A DNA stretch of 64,000 bases, taken from the IMG/VR virus record IMGVR_UViG_3300032287_001974, positions 21,633-85,632 of that record; one strand, 5' to 3'. The DNA comes from a virus. Shown here one piece after another: positions 35,188 to 45,346 of this stretch. Below the pieces are notes generated by a model, which saw only the letters and a list, made by a program, of their open reading frames with translations, searched no databases and had not been told where the DNA came from. A program made the translations under genes and the position numbers. How positions within the stretch are numbered: the first letter of the stretch is position 1; each line of letters opens with the position of its first letter.

Positions 35188-35240
35188 TGTATTGCTAAGA
35201 GTTAGCAAACCCCAAGGGGTTTTAGACTAATAAGGAATAC

Positions 35241-35675
35241 ATGCCAATCATCACTAACGAGCCAGCACCAGATCTGGACCCAATCCGCCGCGAAGTTCAG
35301 CAGTACGTTACCCTAAAGGACGAGGCTGAAGCAATCACTGAGCGTGTTAACACCATCAAGAAGCGCCTAACTGGTTACATCGAAGACCTAGGCGAGCCAA
35401 ACGAAAAAGGCAGCATTGTTCTTACGGTTGATGATGACCGCACCGGAACCCGCTCAATCGTAAAGCAACGTCGAGTCTCAAAGCAGTTTGACGAGGACAA
35501 GGCAAACACCATACTCCAGTCAAAAGGTGTTTTTGAAACCTGCACCAAGACCATCACCGTTCTAGATCAAGACGCAGTAATGGCCGCCTACTACGAGGGC
35601 AAGCTTACCGATGACGACATTGACACCATGTTCCCTGAAAAGGTGACCTGGGCTATCGTTTTGGAGAAGAAGTAA
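35241..35675 (+). CDS. Hypothetical coiled-coil protein
   Basis: AAGGA RBS; 144 aa. Confidence 0.65.
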   Translation: MPIITNEPAPDLDPIRREVQQYVTLKDEAEAITERVNTIKKRLTGYIEDLGEPNEKGSIVLTVDDDRTGTRSIVKQRRVSKQFDEDKANTILQSKGVFETCTKTITVLDQDAVMAAYYEGKLTDDDIDTMFPEKVTWAIVLEKK

Positions 35676-35887
35676 TGTCCAAAATGGCCGAGCTACATGC
35701 TCGTGGCATCTCCAACCTGCGCGACTACGTTCTTGGTCGCCAGGACGAGCGCGAGGAACTGCTACGCATTTTGGAACAGGAGCTAACTGCCGCTGACAAA
35801 ATGTACGACACCGACATGGTGGAGATATGCACTCACCTAATTCAGGCGCTTAACGTTTTCCCTGTTGAAACAGAGGAGCCGGTATGA
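35675..35887 (+). CDS. Hypothetical protein
   Basis: Coupled ORF. Confidence 0.55.
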   Translation: MSKMAELHARGISNLRDYVLGRQDEREELLRILEQELTAADKMYDTDMVEICTHLIQALNVFPVETEEPV

Positions 35888-36120
35888 GCAAATCATTTTC
35901 AGAAATTTTTGCAAAGTTTAACCCTCTAGAGATACTTAAAGAAGAAATGCGGGTAGACATAAATAACCCGTCTCCGGCCGTTGAAGAGATACTTGCATTA
36001 GGAGCACAGGCAGAACGTGTGCGAATCCACAATGCAGTATCTAAGCTTAATGTCGACTCGTTTGATGACATCTGTTACAAAGCAGACGTGCTCGCGCTTC
36101 TAGAGGCAGACAAGAAATGA
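35884..36120 (+). CDS. Hypothetical protein
   Basis: Coupled ORF, GAGGAG RBS. Confidence 0.55.
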   Translation: MSKSFSEIFAKFNPLEILKEEMRVDINNPSPAVEEILALGAQAERVRIHNAVSKLNVDSFDDICYKADVLALLEADKK

Positions 36121-36293
36121 ACGAAGACATAACTAAGCAAGAGATACTTGTTTTTGTGGCTATTTTTCTTGTTATGATTGGCACCCTAGTTTATGGTTTC
36201 TTTTTTGCTGGGGTCGGAAAAGTAGATAGCTGCTGGGATAAGTACTCTACGGAAGAAGAAGCCATACTTAATTGTGAGGGAGAAAACAAGTGA
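36117..36293 (+). CDS. Small membrane protein
   Basis: ATGA overlap; one TM segment (not in ORF track). Confidence 0.5.
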   Translation: MNEDITKQEILVFVAIFLVMIGTLVYGFFFAGVGKVDSCWDKYSTEEEAILNCEGENK

Positions 36294-36457
36294 GCATTAT
36301 TGCTTATGACGCAGGTCTTAAAGACGGCAAATCTGAAACCATCCAAAAAGTGCTTGACAAAATCAGCGATATGATGGTTGACCCGCCCATGCGCGGGGAC
36401 ATAGCGCTGTCAGATCTTCGCCGGTTCATTGACTCCGAGTTTTTAAAAGATAAGTAA
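36290..36457 (+). CDS. Small hypothetical protein
   Basis: GTGA overlap with upstream gene; GAGGGAG RBS. Confidence 0.45.
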   Translation: MSIIAYDAGLKDGKSETIQKVLDKISDMMVDPPMRGDIALSDLRRFIDSEFLKDK

Positions 36458-36467
36458 CAGGTTCACC

Positions 36468-36938
36468 ATGGCATCAGACTTTTTTGACGAAACATTCGCT
36501 GACTTGGATAAGTTCTATCCAAACAGCAAGCGTAAGCGCCGTGAACCTGTCGCACCTAAAGCACCAGTTGTAACTAGCTGGGAAGACACATACTTTGAAA
36601 AAACTTTGCCAAATGGTAGACAACTTCAAATGTATACACTAGGCTCTTTAGCTAAGGCCCTAGGACGTTCAACCAAAACCATGAGGCAATGGTTGGACAA
36701 AGGAATACTTCCATCATCTCCTTACCGACTCCCCTCCAAGCAGGGAGCCAATGGTAAGGAGTATGCTGGGAGGCGCTTGTACAGCAAGGCTATGGTGGAG
36801 GCCGCGGTAGTGATTTTTGCTAACGCTGGACTTATGGACACAGATCGTGTAGACTGGTCTATACACCGGAATCTTGTTGACAAGATCGCCGAGGCGTGGG
36901 AAACTATCCGCGCAAAAGAAATGCAAACAACTAATTAA
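36468..36938 (+). CDS. MerR-like HTH DNA-binding protein
   Basis: YTLGSLAKALGRSTKTMRQWLDKGILP...RRLYS. Confidence 0.75.
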   Translation: MASDFFDETFADLDKFYPNSKRKRREPVAPKAPVVTSWEDTYFEKTLPNGRQLQMYTLGSLAKALGRSTKTMRQWLDKGILPSSPYRLPSKQGANGKEYAGRRLYSKAMVEAAVVIFANAGLMDTDRVDWSIHRNLVDKIAEAWETIRAKEMQTTN

Positions 36939-36946
36939 GGAAAAAC

Positions 36947-37606
36947 ATGCCAGTACAGCAAAATGCCCCAGATGCCGCCAGCTACGTTGCCGACGACATT
37001 GACAACCGTCCAGAGCAGAACACTGCTACATCGACCTCAGTCCTTTCGGGCTGGGATGCCGCGGACAGCATTACCACTACGAGCGATTACCCAACTGAGG
37101 TAAAGTTCGAAGAGAACAAGCACCAGGTTTTTAAATTCCTGGACGAGAGTGGCCCATTCGCCATCTACAAGCAGCACTTCCTAAAGCAGAAGACAAGCGG
37201 TAAGCGCTCGTACGTCTGCATCGGTGCTGATTGCCCACTATGCGTTAAGCTCCAGGACCGCCCGGAGAACAAGCGCGCATTCACCGTTGTTACCCTCAAC
37301 TCACCAGAGGGAATGCAGCGTCAGATGCTCATCTCAGGTGCACGCCTTTACCAGGCTTTGCACGCAGCTCACTACTCACCACAGGGCCCGCTTACCAAGG
37401 GCTACTGGGCGATTGTGCGCCTCGGTAAGGGTCCACAGACCACTTACACGGTAACTCCTATCAAGGAGCGCGACCTCGACGAAGACTGGAGCATCAGCCA
37501 GGAAAAGGCTGCCTCAGTAGTCTCTTCTTCAGAGGTTTACACTCGCGGACTCATCAAGGAACACTCGCTAGAGGAACTTGACGAGATCGCGGACTCGCTT
37601 ATCTAG
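36947..37606 (+). CDS. Single-stranded DNA-binding protein (gp32-like)
   Basis: QH...C....CPLC Zn site, GKGPQTTYTV, acidic end; upstream of polymerase. Confidence 0.7.
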   Translation: MPVQQNAPDAASYVADDIDNRPEQNTATSTSVLSGWDAADSITTTSDYPTEVKFEENKHQVFKFLDESGPFAIYKQHFLKQKTSGKRSYVCIGADCPLCVKLQDRPENKRAFTVVTLNSPEGMQRQMLISGARLYQALHAAHYSPQGPLTKGYWAIVRLGKGPQTTYTVTPIKERDLDEDWSISQEKAASVVSSSEVYTRGLIKEHSLEELDEIADSLI

Positions 37607-37620
37607 ATAACCCAGCGATT

Positions 37621-37648
37621 GGCGGGGGACTAACCTCCCCCGCCTTTT
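37621..37648 (+). terminator. Intrinsic terminator
   Basis: GGCGGGGGA / TCCCCCGCC plus TTTT. Confidence 0.7.
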
Positions 37649-37670
37649 GCGTCAATGCCAGGATGCCAAA

Positions 37671-39653
37671 ATGAATATCATCACCACTGCTGAACAACTA
37701 TCCGAGATGGTAGACCACTACCTAACTCAAGACGCGTTTGCGTTTGACGTAGAGACCGTAGGACCACGCCGAGGCATGACCCCGGTGAACGAGGTCTTAT
37801 GGATCACACTAGCCACACATGGCCGATGCGATGTTATCCCTATGGGTCACCCTAATGGTGATTTTGTAGAAGAGGTATTTCCGCTCACCGGCCAGGGTGA
37901 AATAAGAAAGCAAAAAGGGCTGCCACTGCGCCCTAGCGACTACAGCCGAGACAGCAAGAAAGCCACTAAGGTTTTTGGTCCTGCCCCCCAACAGCTTTAC
38001 CCAGCTGAAGTCTTTAAGGCCCTAGAGCCTCTCATGTTCAACGAACAGATTTTAACTATTGGTCACAACCTTGTGTTTGATGTCACGTCTATCTCTAAGT
38101 ACTACGCCGGTCGCATACCTACCGCACCCTACTTCGACACCATGGTTGCCTCATTTGTAGTAGACAACAGAAACAAGAACAAGTGCGGACTTGCAGACTG
38201 TCTTAAGCGCGAGTTTGGTTACGAAATGGAAAAGGGCGTTGGTAAGGAAGTTGAGGTCTACGACTTTGACACTGTAGCCAAGTACGCTTACCTAGACTCT
38301 AAATACACGTTCTTGCTATGGAAGTCCTTAGTGCCAAAGCTACAGGTTGCTGATCTTGACCGAGTTATGTCACTTGAGATGGATGTGCTAGGTGTGCTTT
38401 GCGACATGAAGCTTACCGGCGCAACGATTGACATCGAGTCTCTCAAGCAACTCAAGGAAGACCTAGAGGCAAAGGTAGAAGAAGCCAAGGGCAACATCTA
38501 CAGGGCTGCTGGGCGTGAGTTTAACATTAACTCTAACCAAGAAAAGCAAGCCCTACTGTATGGGGCTAAAGAAGACGGCGGTCGCGGACTAAAGGCTAAG
38601 GTCCTTACCCCAAAGGGTAACCAGAAAGACCGAGACAACGTAGACCTATCATCCTCCGACTACTCTGTGTCAGCTGAGGCACTGGAGCCCTATCGTGACA
38701 AAGACCCGTTGGTAACCGCACTTCTGGAATACGCAGATTACAACAAACTTTTGTCTACCTACGTTATCCCATACCTAGGCGGCGACATCGAGAGAACTAC
38801 AGCGGGAAAGACCCGAACTGAGACCAAAGAGACCATGCTGATTAATGGGCGACTCCACGGTGACTTTATTCAGATCGGTGCTGAGACCGGACGCTTCTCT
38901 AGCCGAAACCCTAACCTACAGAACGTCCCTGCTCCGCACACGCCTCACGGTAAAGCGATTCGTAACTTGTTCGTAGCCCCTCCAGGTCACAAGCTAGTGG
39001 TCGCCGACTACTCGCAGATTGAGCCTCGCGTTATCGCCTCGTTCTCAGAAGACCCAATTATGATGGACAACTATCTAAACGGTAAAGACATCTACACCAC
39101 CGTGGGTGAGACTATGGGCGTAGATCGCAAGGCTGGCAAGGTGCTTGTCCTGGCAATGGCTTATGGGGTTGGCCCAGACAAAATTGCCGCAAGCATCGGG
39201 TGTACTAAGACTGAGGCTAAGGACCTACTGGACCGATTTGCGCATGAGTTTAGCTCAATATCTAAATACCGAGCAAAGGTACTAGGCGCAACTCGTCAAG
39301 GTAAGCCTGTCCCACACATCAAGACCATCACAGGACGCCGCCGTTATTTACCAGAGATCCTGTCTAGGGATAACGGGTTCAGGGCCGGTGCAGAGCGCCA
39401 AGCGTTCAACACCAAGATTCAGGGCAGTGCTGCAGACATCATCAAGATAGCCATGGTCCGTGCGCACAAAATGATTCCAAAAGGTACTAAGATTATTCTT
39501 ACGGTCCACGATGAGTTGGTACTCACCACTCCAGCAGAGACCGCTGATCAAGCAGCAGAAGCGCTGCGCGAAGCGATGGAGGACATCCAAGTGCTAAAAG
39601 TACCGTTGATTGCAGACGTAAAGGTAGTAGATAGATGGGGCGAGGCAAAGTAA
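37671..39653 (+). CDS. polA: Family A DNA polymerase with 3'-5' exonuclease
   Basis: FDVET, GHNLVFD, TGRFSS.NPNLQN, DYSQIE, QGSAAD, VHDE. Confidence 0.95.
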   Translation: MNIITTAEQLSEMVDHYLTQDAFAFDVETVGPRRGMTPVNEVLWITLATHGRCDVIPMGHPNGDFVEEVFPLTGQGEIRKQKGLPLRPSDYSRDSKKATKVFGPAPQQLYPAEVFKALEPLMFNEQILTIGHNLVFDVTSISKYYAGRIPTAPYFDTMVASFVVDNRNKNKCGLADCLKREFGYEMEKGVGKEVEVYDFDTVAKYAYLDSKYTFLLWKSLVPKLQVADLDRVMSLEMDVLGVLCDMKLTGATIDIESLKQLKEDLEAKVEEAKGNIYRAAGREFNINSNQEKQALLYGAKEDGGRGLKAKVLTPKGNQKDRDNVDLSSSDYSVSAEALEPYRDKDPLVTALLEYADYNKLLSTYVIPYLGGDIERTTAGKTRTETKETMLINGRLHGDFIQIGAETGRFSSRNPNLQNVPAPHTPHGKAIRNLFVAPPGHKLVVADYSQIEPRVIASFSEDPIMMDNYLNGKDIYTTVGETMGVDRKAGKVLVLAMAYGVGPDKIAASIGCTKTEAKDLLDRFAHEFSSISKYRAKVLGATRQGKPVPHIKTITGRRRYLPEILSRDNGFRAGAERQAFNTKIQGSAADIIKIAMVRAHKMIPKGTKIILTVHDELVLTTPAETADQAAEALREAMEDIQVLKVPLIADVKVVDRWGEAK

Positions 39654-40129
39654 TGTGGCCGTTCTCTAAAGGGCCTTCAGACGAAGGCGACGATTCAGAG
39701 CAAGGGGTCGAATACGTCATGGATAAAATTCCACTGACTACACTTTTTCGTTGGTACATGTACGACATGAATGTAGATGAGCCAAACAAGCACACTAAAG
39801 TTTTTGATCTTACTCCAGTAAGCCCAGAGGGTGACGAAAAAGAAAGACAAGAGTCTGAGGCTCGCTCTGACCAGATAGAGCCTCTATTGTCGTTTCTAAA
39901 CTTGTACGCTAATATGAACGCCCGATACATATTTGAAATGCAAAAAGCTGACCTATTAGATGCTCCCGACATGACTGAAGCAAAGCTTAAAAACGAGTCT
40001 GCAACGATTCAAGCATTTTATAGGCAAATCACTTTTGCTGGATTAGTGACTACTTTTTCAAGCGCATTAGAACTCGGGCTGGTTACAATTAACGGCTCGT
40101 ACACAGAGATAGATGAAGGAATCCTATGA
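39653..40129 (+). CDS. Hypothetical protein
   Basis: TAATG-coupled ORF. Confidence 0.6.
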   Translation: MWPFSKGPSDEGDDSEQGVEYVMDKIPLTTLFRWYMYDMNVDEPNKHTKVFDLTPVSPEGDEKERQESEARSDQIEPLLSFLNLYANMNARYIFEMQKADLLDAPDMTEAKLKNESATIQAFYRQITFAGLVTTFSSALELGLVTINGSYTEIDEGIL

Positions 40130-40509
40130 GTAACTCATGGTGGGCTGACAAGCTCGGAAATCAACAAGCACCTGCACAGAGACCGGCAGCACAGCCCTAC
40201 GCAGCTCCCCCAAGCTATCCGTCGCAGACACCGCCGCCAATCGCTCAGGCGACTGCTGAGGGCCACAGGCTTCCAGCTAGCGCTGTGTCGTACGACCGCT
40301 GCCCAAACTGTTCTAGCGGTAACTACGGCAAGATGCCTGGCATGCCTGAAGCTAAGGCACGCTGCTACGACTGCGGATATCCAATTACTCAGTCAGGGTC
40401 TGGCATGCCCGGAATGCACATCCCATCTAACGGTAATACCGAAGCTGCAAAACAAATCAGCACCAGCAATAACTTCAACCCCGGAACTATCATTGATCGG
40501 ATTGGCTAA
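40126..40509 (+). CDS. Zinc-ribbon hypothetical protein
   Basis: CPNC...CYDCGYP. Confidence 0.65.
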   Translation: MSNSWWADKLGNQQAPAQRPAAQPYAAPPSYPSQTPPPIAQATAEGHRLPASAVSYDRCPNCSSGNYGKMPGMPEAKARCYDCGYPITQSGSGMPGMHIPSNGNTEAAKQISTSNNFNPGTIIDRIG

Positions 40510-41528
40510 TGTCTAAAGCAGTAGAAGCCCTAGCGGCAAAGTTAAATAAAAAACTGGGCGACAACACTATTGTCAGAGCTTCTGAGATTGTACCTATGAC
40601 TCGGTTTACATCCGGCTCACTATCACTCGATATGATTTTGGGCGGAGGCTGGCCAACGAACCAGTGGCATGAAATTATTGGCGAGGCAAGCAACGGTAAG
40701 ACTGCGCTAGCCCTAAAGACTATTGCAGCCAATCAAAAACTTAACCCTGACTTTACTACTATTTGGGTCGCCGCAGAAGAATGGGTGCCCGAGTACGCAG
40801 AGATGTGTGGCGTAGACGCCAGTCGTGTCCACGTGTTTACTAGCAATGTCATGGAGATTGCCTTGAGTGCGGTCCTAGAGTTTGTAGAAACCAAAGAGGT
40901 AGACTGCGTAGTTATTGACTCCCTACCCGCTCTAGTACCTGCTGCGGAAGACGAGAAAGAAATGGACGAGTTCACTGTCGGTCGTGGCGCTATGCTCATG
41001 GGCAAGTTCTTCCGTAAGATGGAGAAGGCTGGTAAGCGTAGCATGCTAGGCGAAGACCGACCATTTATCGGTCTAATCATCAATCAGTTCCGTATGAAGA
41101 TCGGCGTAATGTACGGCGACCCACGCACCACCCCTGGCGGAGAAGCTAAGAACTACTTTTTCTTCACACGCATTGACGTAAAGCGCGATGAGTGGATTGA
41201 GGTCGGTACTGGCCAGGACAAGAAAAAAGTCGGCCAAACTATTAAGTTCCAAACCCGTAAGAACAAGTCATCCCCTCCGGGGCAGTCAGCGTTCGTAGAC
41301 TTCTACTTTGACGACGGTTCGGGCATTGACAAAGGCGAGTACGACTTTGCTAAAGAGATTGTATCCCTAGCCATCATTAACAAGCTAGTTACTCGTGCAG
41401 GTGCTTACTATCGGTACGCTGATCGACAGTGGCAGGGCGCAGACGCGCTGCTTAATTCCATTCGCGAAGAGGTAGATTTGCAGGAGCAGTTAACTACCGA
41501 CGTTATGGGTACACTTAAGCTGGCATAA
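40509..41528 (+). CDS. recA: RecA/UvsX recombinase
   Basis: GEASNGKT, VIDSLPAL, INQFRMKIGVMYGDPRTTPGG. Confidence 0.95.
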   Translation: MSKAVEALAAKLNKKLGDNTIVRASEIVPMTRFTSGSLSLDMILGGGWPTNQWHEIIGEASNGKTALALKTIAANQKLNPDFTTIWVAAEEWVPEYAEMCGVDASRVHVFTSNVMEIALSAVLEFVETKEVDCVVIDSLPALVPAAEDEKEMDEFTVGRGAMLMGKFFRKMEKAGKRSMLGEDRPFIGLIINQFRMKIGVMYGDPRTTPGGEAKNYFFFTRIDVKRDEWIEVGTGQDKKKVGQTIKFQTRKNKSSPPGQSAFVDFYFDDGSGIDKGEYDFAKEIVSLAIINKLVTRAGAYYRYADRQWQGADALLNSIREEVDLQEQLTTDVMGTLKLA

Positions 41529-41740
41529 TGCAACGGGCAAAGAGGAACGTACAAGCTGTATGCAACACTTGCGATAGGCCTTTTTATTCTAAAGGGATGT
41601 GTAAAAGATGCTACATGGCATTGTACAGAAGCCAATTAAGCAAACCAAAGCCAGACCGAATCACAAACCGCAATTATGTACCAGAAACTGATGCAGAAGA
41701 CCTCTGGCTATTTGTAAAGAAAGAGTTAAATATTGGCTAA
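41528..41740 (+). CDS. Small Cys-containing protein
   Basis: CNTC..KGMCKRCY. Confidence 0.55.
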   Translation: MQRAKRNVQAVCNTCDRPFYSKGMCKRCYMALYRSQLSKPKPDRITNRNYVPETDAEDLWLFVKKELNIG

Positions 41741-42077
41741 GTCAGAGGGGCAAAAACAATCCCTTAAGCACGAGAAAAGACTAGCTAAGGCAGTCGGAGG
41801 TCAGCGTAATGTTGCCTCCGGCGCGTTTTGGTTTCGCAAAGGCGACGTCCGCTCTCAGGACCTGTTGATTGAGCATAAGTGGACGGGTAAGAAGTCGTTT
41901 ACCCTTAAGTCTGACGTCTTAGAGAAGATCACTACCGAGGCCCTTCTTGACAGCCGTACGCCAGTCCTGGGGATTAGCCTAAACAACGTAAACTACGTGG
42001 TCATGGACGAAAATGACTTCTTGACTATTCGCGAATATTTGATAGACTGTTTAGAGGAGCACACCGGAGAGAAGTAG
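41733..42077 (+). CDS. PD-(D/E)xK Holliday-junction resolvase-like nuclease
   Basis: HEKRLA..SGA..KGDV..LIEHK. Confidence 0.75.
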   Translation: MAKSEGQKQSLKHEKRLAKAVGGQRNVASGAFWFRKGDVRSQDLLIEHKWTGKKSFTLKSDVLEKITTEALLDSRTPVLGISLNNVNYVVMDENDFLTIREYLIDCLEEHTGEK

Positions 42078-42099
42078 GCCCGACTATTTTTGGAGCCAC

Positions 42100-42462
42100 T
42101 TGTCTGACGACGACTTTCAATTCCAGTACTTTCCATGGATGGATGACGCTAAATGCGCCGAGACTGTCCCAGGTACTAAGCCCCCGGTATCTAAGTACGA
42201 TCCAGACATCTGGTTTCCCCCTCGCGATAAGAACTTGTACAAACCTATCGCTGATAAAGCTAAGTCCATTTGCTTTGGTAAAGACGGCAAGGGCGAATGC
42301 CCTGTTCGTATGCAGTGTCTATTGAGCGCAGATGAGCGAGACGAAGTCCACGGCATCTGGGGCGGCATGAGCCACCGCGAGCGCGCTGCCTTAAAACGCA
42401 AGGCTATTAGGCAGGGAACTACCTTAGAAGAGTTGGCAAAAAAGACGAGTAGACAACCGTAA
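42100..42462 (+). CDS. whiB: WhiB-family transcription factor
   Basis: Four Cys (C..C..CPVRMQC), GIWGG, ER. Confidence 0.9.
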   Translation: MSDDDFQFQYFPWMDDAKCAETVPGTKPPVSKYDPDIWFPPRDKNLYKPIADKAKSICFGKDGKGECPVRMQCLLSADERDEVHGIWGGMSHRERAALKRKAIRQGTTLEELAKKTSRQP

Positions 42463-42498
42463 AATTATGTGCTACGTTCTTACTAAAGGACGGAATAC

Positions 42499-43374
42499 AT
42501 GCCAGATAAAAAACTAAAAAAGATACCAGCCGGCGCACTAAAGAACTTTGTGAGCGCAGGGAAGTCAACTAGCCGAGTGATCGGTAAGGTAGAGCGACAC
42601 GTTCTATCTCAGCCTATCGACAACAGCAGATCATTTGATGGGCTTCACCCATCAGCCATGGTGAGTAAGTACTGGTGCCATCGTGCATCTTATTTCCACC
42701 TACAAGGAAATCACCCAACCGCAGAAGACCGCAACTTTAAGCGCGAGCTTATTTTTGCTCAGGGCCACGCTATCCACGACACGTGGCAAAACTGGTTCCG
42801 AGACATGGGCAAGCTTTACGGTGTGTGGGAGTGTAAGTCGTGCAAGACTCGCGAGTGGAGCACCAGCCCACAGGGTTGCAATTCCTGCGGCACCGAGTTT
42901 TCTATGCGATACAAAGAGGTGCCGGTAGAGCACGCCCCACTTATGGTCACAGGCCACGCAGACGGCTGGCTAAAGGGATTTGACGATGACCTGATGCTAG
43001 AGATTAAGTCAGTCGGCGCAGGTACATTTATGTGGCTAGACAAGAGCACATGGTTTGCTAATGACGGTGATTTTGATAAAACATGGCGAGCACTTAAGTC
43101 GCCATTCGAGTCACACGTGGCCCAGGTGCAGTTGTACATGAAGATTCTAGAGCTATCTGGTCGCACAGACGTGCCACAGGAAGCCGTGCTTATCTACGAG
43201 GCAAAGCCTACGCAGGAAGTAAAAGAGTTTTTTGTGCGCAAGGACGATTGGGCAATTCAGCCGATCATTGACGGCGCACAACTTGTGGTAGACTCATTAT
43301 CCAAGAATGTAGCGCCTGACTGCAATGTCGGTGGAGCGCTAAAGTGCAAACAATGCGAAGGGTTTAACGAATGA
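42499..43374 (+). CDS. Cas4-like exonuclease
   Basis: C-x-R, GHAIH, GHADG, EIKS, QVQLY, C-terminal CxxC. Confidence 0.8.
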   Translation: MPDKKLKKIPAGALKNFVSAGKSTSRVIGKVERHVLSQPIDNSRSFDGLHPSAMVSKYWCHRASYFHLQGNHPTAEDRNFKRELIFAQGHAIHDTWQNWFRDMGKLYGVWECKSCKTREWSTSPQGCNSCGTEFSMRYKEVPVEHAPLMVTGHADGWLKGFDDDLMLEIKSVGAGTFMWLDKSTWFANDGDFDKTWRALKSPFESHVAQVQLYMKILELSGRTDVPQEAVLIYEAKPTQEVKEFFVRKDDWAIQPIIDGAQLVVDSLSKNVAPDCNVGGALKCKQCEGFNE

Positions 43375-43871
43375 GAGCCGAACTAATCACCAACAGCGTC
43401 AGCAAGTACGTGCTAGACGAGATGGACAAGCAGGGCCTACTGGTCGACCGTGAGGTAGAGCTAGACCGCCCATCCATGCCCGCCGACATCACAGACATTA
43501 ACGACGAAGACTTAATGATTTTGTACACTAGGTTTTCCGCGTACAGCGACTTTGTTAACACCCAGCTGTCGTGCGCAATCGTAGACGAAAAGGACCTAGA
43601 GCGCCAAGTTGACTACGAAGAGTCAATGTCTATGCTTCGCCTACAGGCGAACAACCCTAAGACCACAGTGACCGCGCTAAAGGCAATGGTTGACTCAGAC
43701 GACAAGATCCGCAACTTGAAGCAAGACCACCTGAACAAGTACGCCTACCGCAAGATGCTGGAGACTATGGCAAACAACTGTGAACGTAGCAGTTCCGTGT
43801 GCAGTCGAGAACTGACGCGCCGCACTTCTGGCGACAACTTCAAGACTAGAACGAGGAAGTTCACCATCTAA
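43371..43871 (+). CDS. Hypothetical protein (possible recombination mediator)
   Basis: Helical; SRELTRR C-terminus. Confidence 0.55.
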   Translation: MRAELITNSVSKYVLDEMDKQGLLVDREVELDRPSMPADITDINDEDLMILYTRFSAYSDFVNTQLSCAIVDEKDLERQVDYEESMSMLRLQANNPKTTVTALKAMVDSDDKIRNLKQDHLNKYAYRKMLETMANNCERSSSVCSRELTRRTSGDNFKTRTRKFTI

Positions 43872-44458
43872 TGGCTGCTAAGAAGGGGCCAAAAGTATTT
43901 GGCAAGCCACTACCCGCCACAGTAAAGCGCGTAGCAATTGGTATTGACCAGTCATACTCGGGCTTTGGCGTGACCCTAATGGATATGGATTCAGACGCAT
44001 ATCACACCACAGTATTTAAAGGCGAAGGCATTGGCGTAGATCGACTGCTGGATATCCAAGAAAAGCTGTGGGCAATTATTGAAGCGGTAGCCGCCACACC
44101 CTCCGAAGTAAAGGTAGCTATGGAAGGCTACGCCTTCGGATCACAGATGGCAAACATGGCCGGAGAACTGGGGGCAGTTGTAAAACTAACCCTGCACGAT
44201 CTACTATATAAGTACAACGGAAAATACCCGTACATTATTCCCCCAACAGTACTAAAAAAGTATGTCACCGGTAAGGGAAGCGGTGTACAAAAGAACCAGA
44301 TACTGCTCCAGGTGTACAAGAACTGGGGCGTAGAGTTTAACGATGACAACGCCGCTGACTCATACTCCCTCGCACACCTAGTGTCAGGTAAAGGAACACT
44401 TACGCACCAGCGCGAAATTTACCACAACATTCAAGACCCTAAGTACCGCGAAGCATGA
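43871..44458 (+). CDS. RuvC-like resolvase
   Basis: IGIDQS, AMEGY, LKKYVTGKG, DNAADS. Confidence 0.85.
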   Translation: MAAKKGPKVFGKPLPATVKRVAIGIDQSYSGFGVTLMDMDSDAYHTTVFKGEGIGVDRLLDIQEKLWAIIEAVAATPSEVKVAMEGYAFGSQMANMAGELGAVVKLTLHDLLYKYNGKYPYIIPPTVLKKYVTGKGSGVQKNQILLQVYKNWGVEFNDDNAADSYSLAHLVSGKGTLTHQREIYHNIQDPKYREA

Positions 44459-44791
44459 TCTACGGGTACCAGGAACCAAAACAGTCCCGCTTTACCAGAC
44501 TAAAAAGAAAGATAAGAAGATGGTTGAGATGCTACTAATAGCTATCGCTGTATTGTTTGTACTTGTTTTCCTAGCCGTTGTCACAATAATTGTTTTGCTC
44601 GGCTCCGCTATGCAGCTAGACCTGCACGATATGGACTACAACTACGATGACTAGATTTATGATCAAGTGCATTGGTGTCGGGGTGCTGTTCGTTGGCCTA
44701 GGGGGTATGGTAATTAATGGGCTAACCCTGACTAATCTAATATTAGACGCCGTAGGTATTGCCTTTATTATTATCGGAAGAGACGCGCCGG

Positions 44792-44950
44792 ATGGGGACT
44801 AACCACTCAGGATGGTGCATGACCAACTACCACAGCACCTGCCCTCACAAGTTCACCGACCACACCTGTGGGTGCCCGTGCCACAGCAATGAGATTCCAG
44901 AAGCCACCCCTACAATCCCAACCCCTAAGAAACCACGAGGTAAAAAATAA
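44792..44950 (+). CDS. Small Cys/His-rich protein
   Basis: SGWCMTNYHSTC..CGCPCH; GGAG-like RBS. Confidence 0.5.
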   Translation: MGTNHSGWCMTNYHSTCPHKFTDHTCGCPCHSNEIPEATPTIPTPKKPRGKK

Positions 44951-45285
44951 TGCTAGAAACAGAACGACTAAAGCAAATAGTAATTGATGCCGATTTTGAA
45001 GCCGCGCTCGCCGAACGGTTTAAAGAGGCCGAGGAACTGCTAGTTAAGAAGCACCGAGATTACGGGCCAAAGAACATCAGCCACAGCCCTGGCGGACCAC
45101 TAAATGGGCTACGAGTCCGCATGCACGACAAGCTAGCCCGGATTAACCACCTGTACGACAGCAACGTAGCCCCTGCAAACGAGAGCCTCCGAGACAGCTT
45201 TATCGACATGGCTAACTACGCAATCATCGGGCTAATGGTTCTGGACGAAGTCTGGGAAAAAGAATTCCCACCATTTAAGGCGTAA
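44950..45285 (+). CDS. Nucleotide-modification-associated domain 1 (Nmad1/DUF1599) protein
   Basis: KHRDYG..RMHDKLAR..ESLRDSFIDMANYAII. Confidence 0.8.
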   Translation: MLETERLKQIVIDADFEAALAERFKEAEELLVKKHRDYGPKNISHSPGGPLNGLRVRMHDKLARINHLYDSNVAPANESLRDSFIDMANYAIIGLMVLDEVWEKEFPPFKA

Positions 45286-45346
45286 ATAAGTATTAACTAC
45301 CTTTATAGTAATAGTATCGGGAGATCCGTATACAAATAGAGGTATT

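Noticed and set aside
42499-43374. Cas4-like nuclease suggesting a CRISPR system
   Set aside because: No repeat-spacer array or other cas genes seen; solo Cas4-like exonucleases are common in phage recombination modules
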